A stretch of DNA of 24,000 nucleotides. It comes from Tepidisphaeraceae bacterium (GTDB lineage: Bacteria > Planctomycetota > Phycisphaerae > Tepidisphaerales > Tepidisphaeraceae). The position numbers and the translations under genes are program-made. The stretch spans positions 13,800 through 37,799 of the forward strand of contig JBEKUH010000036.1 of assembly GCA_049515255.1 (NCBI GenBank). The letters are read 5' to 3'. Positions 7,027 to 15,015 of this stretch are shown here, in pieces. The notes under the pieces are model-generated. The model was not told the DNA's origin. It was given only the letters and a program-made list of their open reading frames with translations, and did not search any database. Each line of letters begins with the position of its first letter. Positions within the stretch are counted from its first letter, which is position 1.

Positions 7027-7311
7027 TTATTCGCCGACATCTGGCGTGGTAATCCAATTCTTTTCGCCCAGGGGATTCGATGCGGGGGCGGACATTTTTA
7101 AGTCCTGGCCTTTCAATGTCGCCGTTACCGCATTGGGCGCGGTGCATTCGGCGATGTTGAGTTGTTGATTCCAGAGTTCTGATTGGCTGGATTCGATGTG
7201 ATTGTGCAACGCATCGATCTGGTACGTCAGATTCAATTGCTGCTGACGCAGCTCCAGCAGGGCCACGCCGATGGCCATGCTCCATGCGAGGCATAGGAGG
7301 AGCTTGAGCAT
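7027..7311 (-). CDS. FtsL-like small bitopic membrane protein (TM helix plus coiled coil)
   Basis: From ATG 7311 the sequence is MLKLLLCLAWSMAIGVALL (TM) followed by ELRQQQLNLTYQIDALHNHIESSQSELWNQQLNI (heptad-like). The gene lies between rsmH and ftsI, as ftsL does. The call rests on position and architecture, not on sequence identity. Confidence 0.55.
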   Translation of the reverse strand: MLKLLLCLAWSMAIGVALLELRQQQLNLTYQIDALHNHIESSQSELWNQQLNIAECTAPNAVTATLKGQDLKMSAPASNPLGEKNWITTPDVGE

Positions 7312-7318
7312 CCGCTTC

Positions 7319-8254
7319 TCAATTCGCTGAGGCAACCGGTTTTGACGGGAGCCGCAATTTCGTGCCGGAGATGACGACATCGTGGTCATCGCCCTTGAGC
7401 ACCGAGGCGTTCAATTCTTTCAGTGCATCCACTTGCGATGCATCGCCCAGCACATCGTTGGCGATTCGCCAGAGGCTGTCGCCATCCTGCACGGTGTAGA
7501 AATATTGGCGGCTGGTTGAGGGCGTTGGAGCATCCGTTGGAGTCGGCAAATCGGTTGAATTTTGCGATGGAATATTCTGCGCGGTTGCGCCGGCGGTGGT
7601 CGGGATCACATACACTTTTCCAATGATCACCGTATCCGGATCATCTTTCAGCGATGGATTGGCATCGATGATCGCCCGCACATTGGCGCGGCTGCTGGAG
7701 CCCATGAGTTTGGCGGCCATGCGCGAAACGCTGTCGCCCGGCTGGGCCTTGTAGGTTTTCAATGCGCTCGGAGCGGCGGGGGAATTCTGAGAATCCGATG
7801 GCGGCTGATCGACGCCGACAATTTCCTCGCCGTTGCGACGGGCGACACGAGACAGTTCATCCGATCCAGTCCCCGGCCCATCAGCTCCGGCAATCGACTG
7901 GGGCGGCGCCGGATTGACTTGCGGGGTCGCTGGATCGGTTACATACGTTGGCCTGTTCGCTTCCTCCCGGGATGGATCAACCGGCGAGACTGCGACAGGA
8001 TTTGCTGGAACCACCGGCGGATTTAATTCCTGCTGCGTCGGTACGGCTTGTCGCGGCGTGGAATCCGGCGGAGTGTAAATCGTGATCGGTGGATTGCTGG
8101 CCATCGGCGCATTCATCGCCTCGCGCACATCACTGGCGGCATTGATCAGCGAGGCCGGCTCGATCGTCGGACGGAAATGGTCCGAGAGCAGAATCCCGAT
8201 GACGATGATAAATGCCAACCCCACGAGCAGTCCAATTTTTGTTTCGCGCGTCAT
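7319..8254 (-). CDS. Membrane-anchored protein with a Pro-rich linker and two C-terminal LysM domains
   Basis: The TM helix is KIGLLVGLAFIIVIGILL. The LysM-like repeats are YKAQPGDSVSRMAAKL...GKVYVIP and YTVQDGDSLWRIANDV...GTKLRLP. ATG 8254 is preceded by an SD-like gagg. The ORF is open to a TTG at 8272. Confidence 0.75.
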   Translation of the reverse strand: MTRETKIGLLVGLAFIIVIGILLSDHFRPTIEPASLINAASDVREAMNAPMASNPPITIYTPPDSTPRQAVPTQQELNPPVVPANPVAVSPVDPSREEANRPTYVTDPATPQVNPAPPQSIAGADGPGTGSDELSRVARRNGEEIVGVDQPPSDSQNSPAAPSALKTYKAQPGDSVSRMAAKLMGSSSRANVRAIIDANPSLKDDPDTVIIGKVYVIPTTAGATAQNIPSQNSTDLPTPTDAPTPSTSRQYFYTVQDGDSLWRIANDVLGDASQVDALKELNASVLKGDDHDVVISGTKLRLPSKPVASAN

Positions 8255-8296
8255 GCCAACCTCACAATCCAAGGGCGCCGCGAGCGCCGATTCCCG

Positions 8297-9196
8297 TCAA
8301 TGTTTTTTTTCGATGGCCCGCAATTTGGCCGAGCGCGACCGGGGATTGCGGGCCGTTTCTTCGGAAGTGGGGGCGAGGGGCTTTTTCGTGAGGATGGTCA
8401 CAACCCCGGTCTGCTCCAACGACCGAAACACATTTTTGACAGCTCGATCTTCCATCGACTGGAAGCTGATGACGGCCATTCGACCGCCGGGCGCTAAAAA
8501 CGCTGGGCCATCTCGCAGCAGCCGGGCGAGGTTCTCCATCTCGCCATTGACTGCCATTCGCAGCGCTAAAAACGTCCGCGTGGCCGGATCGATCCGCGAT
8601 CGGTCGGTTTTGCCGACCGCTTGGCGCACCAATTCGGCCAATGCTTCGGTAGTTTTGATCGGCCAATTCTTGCGCGCTTCGCCAATCTTTCTTGCGATTC
8701 CACGAGAATAATGTTCCTGTGCGAGTTCATATAGGACGTTTGCGAGGTCTTTTTCGGGAAGATGGTTCACCAAATCAGCCGCAGTTTGCGCGAGCCGGGG
8801 ATCGATGCGCATGTCCAGCGGCATGTCGCGGTCGAAGCTCATGCCATAAGCCGGATCGAATAATTGATTGGTGCTGATGCCCAGGTCGGCCAGGATTCCG
8901 TGGATCGGCGGCCAGCCGCAGGTCTGCAAAACATCCGGCAATTCCGAGAAATTGGCGTGGAACAGGCGCGTGGGGCAGGGGGATGTTTTGAGTTTCTCGG
9001 CGGCGAATTCCAGATTGCGCGGGTCGGCGTCCAGGCCAATCAATAATCCTCGCGGACCGAGCCGAGCGGCGATGGCCATCGCATGTCCGGCCCGGCCGAG
9101 CGTGCAATCAACAAATGTCTGCCCGGTAGCGGGGCGCAGAAAATCCAGCACCTCTTGTAACAGCACCGGCTCGTGACCATCGGGTGGAAGTTCCAT
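8297..9196 (-). CDS. rsmH: 16S rRNA (cytosine1402-N4)-methyltransferase RsmH/MraW
   Basis: The N-terminus is HEPVLLQEVLDFL. The motifs DCTLGRAGH, ILADLGISTNQL and a C-terminal NPRSRSAKLRA are typical of RsmH. Confidence 0.9.
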   Translation of the reverse strand: MELPPDGHEPVLLQEVLDFLRPATGQTFVDCTLGRAGHAMAIAARLGPRGLLIGLDADPRNLEFAAEKLKTSPCPTRLFHANFSELPDVLQTCGWPPIHGILADLGISTNQLFDPAYGMSFDRDMPLDMRIDPRLAQTAADLVNHLPEKDLANVLYELAQEHYSRGIARKIGEARKNWPIKTTEALAELVRQAVGKTDRSRIDPATRTFLALRMAVNGEMENLARLLRDGPAFLAPGGRMAVISFQSMEDRAVKNVFRSLEQTGVVTILTKKPLAPTSEETARNPRSRSAKLRAIEKKH

Positions 9197-9202
9197 GCGC
9201 GC

Positions 9203-9239
9203 AAAAAGAAAGCGAGGGTCGATCGGATTCGACCCTCGC
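9203..9239 (-). terminator. Intrinsic terminator of the PEP-CTERM gene
   Basis: An 11-bp GC-rich stem (gcgagggtcga / tcgaccctcgc, 9212-9222 and 9229-9239) has a 6-nt loop. On the minus strand it is followed by tttcttttt. It lies 37 nt downstream of the gene's stop. Confidence 0.75.
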
Positions 9240-9275
9240 AGTTCATCTTCGTTAGTTAGAAACTCAAATCAACGC

Positions 9276-9968
9276 TCAAATCACTCGCTGACGGCGCTTG
9301 CTCAGGAGATTCAGAACAATCACGCCCGCCAATCCACCGAGGCCAGTCCAGGCCGCGGCGGGAAGGGGAACGGGCGATGATCCGCCGCCACCCGTGATGG
9401 GGATTTCCTTAAGAAAGAAATCGGACGGCAGGCCGGAGGTGACCGGATTTGCATCCATCACCAGATCGCCGCCGTTAACGCCATACCCGATCGAGGCGGT
9501 ATCGCCGATACCCAGCGTTCCACCGGAAAGAGTGTATGACGTTCCATCGGGAGTCAGGCTGTCCGACGTCCAGGGTGAGATCGAGGTGAACGTGCTGGTG
9601 AACGATTGACCACCAGCCATCGGGCTGATCACCAGGAACTGAAAGCCGCTGAAGGGCGTCGTTGTGCTGTTGGTGATGCTTTCATCGAGAATCGCGATTT
9701 GCTGGGCGGCAGCGGTGTAGCTGGCCTGCGTAAAGGTGATCGCGATGCCTTCAGTGCTTTGGAAATCTGCGAACTTTTCCAGACCAAGCTCAACACCAGT
9801 TGTGTTGTCAGCTACGAGAGAAAGACCGACGCCCACGGGGAAAGAAATCTTCCAACCATCCACCGTATCACCACTTTGGATGACGGTCGACGCCGAAGCT
9901 GATTTCGATCCAACCATTGCAATGGCACCCACGGCCATTGCGCTTAACATCAAAGTACGACGAATCAT
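9276..9968 (-). CDS. Secreted protein with a PEP-CTERM-type C-terminal sorting signal
   Basis: The signal peptide is MIRRTLMLSAMAVGAIAMVGSKSASAS. The C-terminus is SPVPLPAAAWTGLGGLAGVIVLNLLSKRRQR: a VPxP motif, a TM helix and a basic cluster. A strong SD ggagg precedes the ATG. Confidence 0.7.
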   Translation of the reverse strand: MIRRTLMLSAMAVGAIAMVGSKSASASTVIQSGDTVDGWKISFPVGVGLSLVADNTTGVELGLEKFADFQSTEGIAITFTQASYTAAAQQIAILDESITNSTTTPFSGFQFLVISPMAGGQSFTSTFTSISPWTSDSLTPDGTSYTLSGGTLGIGDTASIGYGVNGGDLVMDANPVTSGLPSDFFLKEIPITGGGGSSPVPLPAAAWTGLGGLAGVIVLNLLSKRRQRVI

Positions 9969-10435
9969 AAAAGCCTCCTTAAACCTGCCGACCTACACGA
10001 ATACAACCGGAGTTGTCTGTTCCGGCGTCCGCAGGTTCCGGACCTTCCTTTTTTCAACTAGGGGCAGCGGGAACCACGTGGCCCGTTCACTGCCGATCAC
10101 CCAATCCCTTGGTTTTCTTCGGACTCCTTTCCGCTGTCCCACGGGGCAGCGTGCTCATCCGCGGCGGCTGCCGAGCGTTATCCACGGATACTCAATAACC
10201 TAGATTATCGGAACTCATTGGCTGCGCCAACGCGGAAAGCCAATAAAATTCTTGCCGCAAACTGGATACCGCTTGGCTTCTGTGTGATTAGGATTCCACA
10301 CCGTTTACCCACGTTGAAGCCGCAGACATAATACCAAGCGCGGCCGTGGAAGAGGAAAGAAAACCCACGTTCGCAACAGGCGCTGAAATCGGCTCGGTTT
10401 TTCCGGGTTATTTTTGGCGTTTTTTGTCTTTCAAC

Positions 10436-11059
10436 ATGGCGCCAATTCCCATCATCCACGAAGACACCGATATCCTACTGGTCAACAAACCGGCGGGAAC
10501 CCTCACCAGCACCGGCCCCCGCGAGCGCCGGCCCACGCTATGGGCCGGGGTGCGGCAATATGTCGCGGATTCGGACCGGCGGGCGCAAGCCGGATTGGTC
10601 CATCGCCTAGATCGGGAAGCCTCGGGACTGCTGATTTTCTCAAAAAATCGCCATGCTCATGAATCCCTGAAGCGGCAATTCTTCCATCACACGGTGGAAA
10701 GGGTGTACGAGGCCGTCGTTTCGCCACCGCCAAAAACGCCCAAGGGGACGATCAAAACCCGCCTGAGTGAATGGTCGGATGGATCGGTTCATGTCAGCCG
10801 CACTGGGAAAGAGACGATTACGGAGTACGAGGTCATATCGGTCGATCAGCAAACGGCTCGATTGAAAATCCGGCTACAAACCGGCCGCAAGCATCAGATC
10901 CGCGCCCATTTGGCACACCTTGGATGCCCAATTGTCGGAGATGAAATGTACGGCGGATCACAGAACAAAGCCGGCCTGATGCTCGCGGCGGTTCAGCTTG
11001 GTTTCGATCATCCACGCACCGGGAAACGGATGACATTCCGCATCCTGGCGCCGTTTTGA
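10436..11059 (+). CDS. RluA-family pseudouridine synthase
   Basis: The motifs are IIHEDTDILLVNKPAG, HRLDREASGLLIF (catalytic Asp motif) and GRKHQIRAHLAHLGCPIVGDEMYG. The start at ATG 10436 fits the family N-terminus. Confidence 0.85.
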   Translation: MAPIPIIHEDTDILLVNKPAGTLTSTGPRERRPTLWAGVRQYVADSDRRAQAGLVHRLDREASGLLIFSKNRHAHESLKRQFFHHTVERVYEAVVSPPPKTPKGTIKTRLSEWSDGSVHVSRTGKETITEYEVISVDQQTARLKIRLQTGRKHQIRAHLAHLGCPIVGDEMYGGSQNKAGLMLAAVQLGFDHPRTGKRMTFRILAPF

Positions 11060-11063
11060 ATTT

Positions 11064-11287
11064 CGAAGAAAGACAGTTTCCACCACGGAGACACGGAGAG
11101 CACGGAGGGGAAAGAAGAGTTTGAACCGCAGAGAGCGCAGAGGAATAAAATACATGCATTCAATTTTATTTTCTTTCTCTGCGGCCCTCTGCGGTGAAAA
11201 TTGATTTGAAGGAATTAAGTAAACCGCAATATAGCCGAATGCCACCTCCGTGAACTCCGTGTCTCCGTGGTGGAAATGATTTCTTCG
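11064..11287. repeat. Nested inverted-repeat element built from tandem cacggaga and cgcagaga units around an A/T-rich hairpin core, with no ORF inside
   Basis: The outer arms are 11064-11108 and 11245-11287 (tttccaccacggagacacggag...cacggagg). The inner arms are 11126-11143 and about 11177-11195. The core at 11144-11176 contains aataaaat...attttatt. Confidence 0.9.
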
Positions 11288-11307
11288 TACTACAATCCAC
11301 CGCTCGA

Positions 11308-12099
11308 ATGTCTCATCATCGTTTTCTCCTTCCAGCCTTTTCACTTTGCCAGCGGGAACTCGTGCGGTTTCTGCGGCAGCGGAATCGGATCATCGGGGCA
11401 CTGGCGACGCCGATAGTGTTTTGGGTTCTGCTCGGGGCGGGCATGGGCAAGAGTTTTCAGACCAGTGGGCCGGGCGGGGGGAGCTTTATGCAATATTTCT
11501 TTCCGGGAACGGCGGTGATGATTTTGCTTTTCACCGCGATTTTTTCCACCATCTCGATTATCGAAGACCGCCGGGAAGGATTTTTGCAATCGGTGCTGGT
11601 CGCCCCGGTGTCGCGATTGGCGGTCGTGGGTGGAAAAATCCTCGGCGGGACGCTGCTGGCGACAGCGCAAGGTGTGATTTTTCTTTTACTTGCACCGCTG
11701 ATTGGCGTGAAACTGACCCTCGCTGGATTTACCGAAGCGGTGCTTATCATGCTGGTCGTCAGTTTCGCTCTGACCGGCCTGGGATTCTGCATCGCCTGGC
11801 GGATGAGTTCCACGCAGGGATTTCACGCCATTATGAATCTGTTTCTCATGCCCATGTGGTTTCTCTCCGGCGCGATGTTCCCGGCAGAAGGGGCCCATGG
11901 CGTGATGCAGTGGATCATGGGGCTGAATCCTTTAACCTACGGCGTCTCGGGCCTGCGAAGATCTCTCTATGCCGATCTGCCTCGTGGAAATCTTCCCAAC
12001 TTTTCGTACAGCCTGGGAATTTCAATTTTGTTCGCCCTGATCATGTTCTGGCTCGCGGGCCTCAGCGCCCGACAGCGCGTTGCGGCGGATTTGCAGTAG
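11308..12099 (+). CDS. ABC-2 type transporter permease
   Basis: The protein is 263 aa. It has an N-terminal RELVRFLRQRNRIIGAL and about six hydrophobic segments typical of ABC-2 (NodJ/DrrB/NosY-like) permeases. Confidence 0.75.
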   Translation: MSHHRFLLPAFSLCQRELVRFLRQRNRIIGALATPIVFWVLLGAGMGKSFQTSGPGGGSFMQYFFPGTAVMILLFTAIFSTISIIEDRREGFLQSVLVAPVSRLAVVGGKILGGTLLATAQGVIFLLLAPLIGVKLTLAGFTEAVLIMLVVSFALTGLGFCIAWRMSSTQGFHAIMNLFLMPMWFLSGAMFPAEGAHGVMQWIMGLNPLTYGVSGLRRSLYADLPRGNLPNFSYSLGISILFALIMFWLAGLSARQRVAADLQ

Positions 12100-12121
12100 A
12101 ATCAAAAACCTGAATCGAATC

Positions 12122-12769
12122 ATGCGAAGAGAACAAAAAATCCTGATCCTGGCGCTGTGGCTCGTGGCCGGCATGGCGATCGTATCCGTCGCCGCCATCA
12201 AATGGGCGCGATTGGCGGAGAAACAGCCAACGGCCAATCCGGATGCTGTTGTCTCAAACGCGGGCTCGGAAGAAGAATCGCTTCCCGATCTCTATCCCGC
12301 ACCGGAATTCACGTTGACCGATCAACACAATCAAACCATAACGAAATCACAATTGCTCGGGCATCCATGGATTTGCGATTTCATTTTCACCACGTGCGCT
12401 GATGCCTGCCCGCTGATGTCCACGCGCATGTCGGCCTTGCAGAATAAATTGCCGCCGGATGTGAAATTGGTTTCGTTCACGGTCGATCCGCTCCACGACA
12501 CGCCGGAAGTTCTGGCGAAATACGCCCAGGCCTATCACGCCCAGGACGGCCGCTGGCTTTTCCTCACCGGTCCGGTCCAGACGGAAGACGATGTCATCCG
12601 AGGGATGCGGCTCTATTTCCAGCCGGCCCAGGGTCAAAGCGTGATCCAGCACAGCCAGCATTTCGTGCTGGTCGATGCCAAGGGATCAGTGCGGGAGTAT
12701 TACGACAGCAGCATCCTCGGTGAAACCGATCATCTCATTGCCGACGTCCAGCGATTGCTCAATCCATGA
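12122..12769 (+). CDS. SCO1/SenC family copper chaperone (thioredoxin fold)
   Basis: The protein has an N-terminal TM anchor, a CxxxC motif in FIFTTCADACP and a conserved His in IQHSQHFVLVD. The start at ATG 12122 avoids an overlap with the permease. Confidence 0.8.
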   Translation: MRREQKILILALWLVAGMAIVSVAAIKWARLAEKQPTANPDAVVSNAGSEEESLPDLYPAPEFTLTDQHNQTITKSQLLGHPWICDFIFTTCADACPLMSTRMSALQNKLPPDVKLVSFTVDPLHDTPEVLAKYAQAYHAQDGRWLFLTGPVQTEDDVIRGMRLYFQPAQGQSVIQHSQHFVLVDAKGSVREYYDSSILGETDHLIADVQRLLNP

Positions 12770-13200
12770 ACCCCGCGACCAGCCCGATGCCCGAGATCAA
12801 CGCCTCGCTCAACGCCCTCAGCGCGGTGCTGATCGTGATCGGATTTTTCTTCATCAAATCCGGCCGATACCGCGCACACGGCTGGACGATGGTCCTGGCG
12901 ACACTCGTCTCCACAATCTTTTTAGCCTGCTATCTCACTTACCACATCCGTCACGGCGAAAAGACCACGCACGCGCATCCGGGAATTTTGCGCGATGCAT
13001 ATCTGATCGTTCTCCTGCCTCATTTATTTTTTGCGGTGGTGTTACTGCCGATGATTTTCGTCACGCTACGCCGCGCCTGGCGGCGTGATTGGGCCAGCCA
13101 TCGCCGCATGAGCGTGCCGACCTTTTGGGTATGGATTTACGTTTCGCTAAGCGGAGTCGCGGTGTATTTCATGCTGTATCACACTTCGCTGGCGACGTGA
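12766..13200 (+). CDS. DUF420 (CtaM-like) integral membrane protein
   Basis: The protein is 144 aa with four hydrophobic helices and an EINASLNALSAVLIVIGFFFIK start. An ATGA overlap with the SCO1 stop suggests translational coupling. Pairing of DUF420 with SCO1 and cytochrome oxidase genes is the usual context. Confidence 0.7.
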   Translation: MNPATSPMPEINASLNALSAVLIVIGFFFIKSGRYRAHGWTMVLATLVSTIFLACYLTYHIRHGEKTTHAHPGILRDAYLIVLLPHLFFAVVLLPMIFVTLRRAWRRDWASHRRMSVPTFWVWIYVSLSGVAVYFMLYHTSLAT

Positions 13201-13201
13201 G

Positions 13202-13301
13202 GAATCGGGTTTCGGGTCTCGGGTTTGGGGTTTCGGGTGAAAAAACGATCGGTCTTTGGTATTTCCCCGAAACCCGACACCCGAAACCCGAACCCCGATT
13301 C
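13202..13301. repeat. Inverted repeat of tandem ttcgggt heptamers that fills the convergent DUF420/scpB gap exactly (possible bidirectional terminator)
   Basis: The left arm is 13202-13237 (gaatcgggtttcgggtctcgggtttggggtttcggg). The right arm is 13266-13301 (cccgaaacccgacacccgaaacccgaaccccgattc). About 31 of 36 positions are complementary. Confidence 0.85.
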
Positions 13302-13302
13302 T

Positions 13303-13941
13303 TCACCGCGTCGGCTGCAAACCGTCTTCCGATTGCGGCAGATCCTTCAGACTGTTCAATCCGAACAATTCCAAAAATCGGCGGGTGGTGCCATAGAGGA
13401 TGGGCCGGCCCGGTTCTTCCGCTCGGCCGGCGATTCTAACAAGATGCTTTTCCATCAGATTGCGAATCGTCTCCCCGCACGCCACGCCGCGGATGGCTTC
13501 GATGTCGGCTCGCAGGATCGGCTGTTTATAGGCGATGATCGCCAACGTCTCGAGCGCCGCTTTGGTCAGCTTGGCGTCGATCTCGCGCTGGTGGAGTTTT
13601 TTTAGATATTCGCCGAATTCCGGCAGGGTGAGCACCTGATATCCGCCGGCGACCTGCTCGATGCGGAAGGATCGATTGGTTTCTTCGTAGGATTGATTGA
13701 GTTTGCCGATGGCCTGACGAATCGGCCGAGTCGTGTCCAGGCCCAGCAATTCCGCCAATCGGCCGGCCGTCAGCGGATGATGCGTCGCCAGCAGCAGCGC
13801 CTCGACGGGCCGGGGATCAATTTCGGGCACGGGGGCGCTGGAATCTTCCTCGATTGGCTCCGGCTCCGACATTCCATCGGGAATCTCGTTCGCCTCCGGC
13901 GCTTCTTCCGTCTCCATTTCGTAATCCTTTACCAATCGCAT
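13303..13941 (-). CDS. scpB: Segregation and condensation protein B
   Basis: The motifs are VEALLLATHHPLTAGRLAELL, IEQVAGGYQVLT, LETLAIIAYKQPILRADIEAIRGV and GRPILYGTTRRFLELFGL. Confidence 0.85.
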   Translation of the reverse strand: MRLVKDYEMETEEAPEANEIPDGMSEPEPIEEDSSAPVPEIDPRPVEALLLATHHPLTAGRLAELLGLDTTRPIRQAIGKLNQSYEETNRSFRIEQVAGGYQVLTLPEFGEYLKKLHQREIDAKLTKAALETLAIIAYKQPILRADIEAIRGVACGETIRNLMEKHLVRIAGRAEEPGRPILYGTTRRFLELFGLNSLKDLPQSEDGLQPTR

Positions 13942-14008
13942 CAGCCGATTTATCGGTCACAGTGGCGATAATGGATCAGTTTAGCCGCCGCGGCCTCGCG
14001 GCGGAATG

Positions 14009-15007
14009 TCAGGCGCGTCTCCAATGCCGGAACCGATCCAGCGCAACGGCCAGGATGATGATACCGCCAGTCACGATTTCCTGCAGGGAATTGGACAATC
14101 CAACTTTTGTGCAGCCATTGGCGACGACGGTCATGATCAGCGCGCCGACCAAGGTTCCAAACACGCCGCCTTGGCCGCCGATCAAGCTGGTGCCGCCGAT
14201 CACCACTGCGGCGATGATGTTCAGCTCGTATCCATTGGCGCTGGTGGCATCGCCGATGGTCAGGCGGGAAAAATGTAACACTCCCGCGACGCCGGCAAAA
14301 AATCCCGCGAAGAGATAGATGCCCAATTTCGTCGGCTTCACGCGCACGCCGCAGAGCCGCGCGGTTTGTTCGTTGGAGCCGATGGCGAACACATGCCGGC
14401 CGAACCGGGTGTAATGCAATATCGCACTCACGAGCAATGTCAGAACAAACATCAGCCACACACCGACGGGGAAAATCATCCACTGTTGATCCGGCCGAAG
14501 TTGATGCATCAGCGAATTGATCCACGTGCGCGGCGCATCGACATCCGTTTCATCAGCGATCCACTTGGCGGCCCCACGAATTGCGCCCCACATGCCGAGC
14601 GTCACGATGAACGGACTCAAATCCAGCAGCGTCACCAGAAGCCCGATCGCTAGTCCGCACGCCATGCTTGCCCCGATGCCGACCAGAGCGGACATCGCCG
14701 GCGACACGTTCATCAACAGTAATTTAGCGATCACCACGGTGCACATGGCGATGTTCGATCCAACTGAAAGGTCGATTCCGCCGGAGATGATGATGACCGT
14801 TGCCCCCAATGCCGCCGTGGCATACACGGTGGTTTGCAGGAGCATGATTTGCAGATTGTCGACACGCAGAAAAGTTTTGGGCCGCAGAAATGCGAACAAT
14901 GCGAAGATCGCCAGCAGCCCCAGCACCGGGCCGATCTGATTGAGCCAGCCAAAGCTGATTCGCCAGCGCGGCGAACCGGGCTGCTCGAGCGGCGGGGATT
15001 GTTGCAT
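14009..15007 (-). CDS. Sugar ABC transporter permease (RbsC/AraH/XylH-like)
   Basis: The protein has multiple TM helices and family-typical IGGTSLIGGQGGVFGTLVGALIM and GGIIILAVALD motifs. ATG 15007 lies 8 nt after the ATPase stop. Confidence 0.8.
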   Translation of the reverse strand: MQQSPPLEQPGSPRWRISFGWLNQIGPVLGLLAIFALFAFLRPKTFLRVDNLQIMLLQTTVYATAALGATVIIISGGIDLSVGSNIAMCTVVIAKLLLMNVSPAMSALVGIGASMACGLAIGLLVTLLDLSPFIVTLGMWGAIRGAAKWIADETDVDAPRTWINSLMHQLRPDQQWMIFPVGVWLMFVLTLLVSAILHYTRFGRHVFAIGSNEQTARLCGVRVKPTKLGIYLFAGFFAGVAGVLHFSRLTIGDATSANGYELNIIAAVVIGGTSLIGGQGGVFGTLVGALIMTVVANGCTKVGLSNSLQEIVTGGIIILAVALDRFRHWRRA

Positions 15008-15015
15008 CGTCGAGG

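Noticed and set aside
9212-9239. ggattcgaccctcgc, considered as a tRNA T-arm-like sequence
   Set aside because: There is no acceptor stem, no anticodon arm and no D-arm around it. The segment is a simple 11-bp hairpin with a U-tract on the minus strand, so it is a terminator.
10205-10459. An 84-aa minus-strand ORF in the PEP-CTERM / rluA divergent intergenic region
   Set aside because: It has no SD and no recognisable motif, and it overlaps the likely rluA start region. The evidence is insufficient to call a gene.
13202-13301. Tandem short repeats considered as a possible CRISPR array (also at 11081-11108 and 1545-1568)
   Set aside because: The units are 7-9 nt and directly abutting, with no ~30-nt unique spacers. 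They occur as inverted arms, and no cas genes are present. They are not CRISPR.
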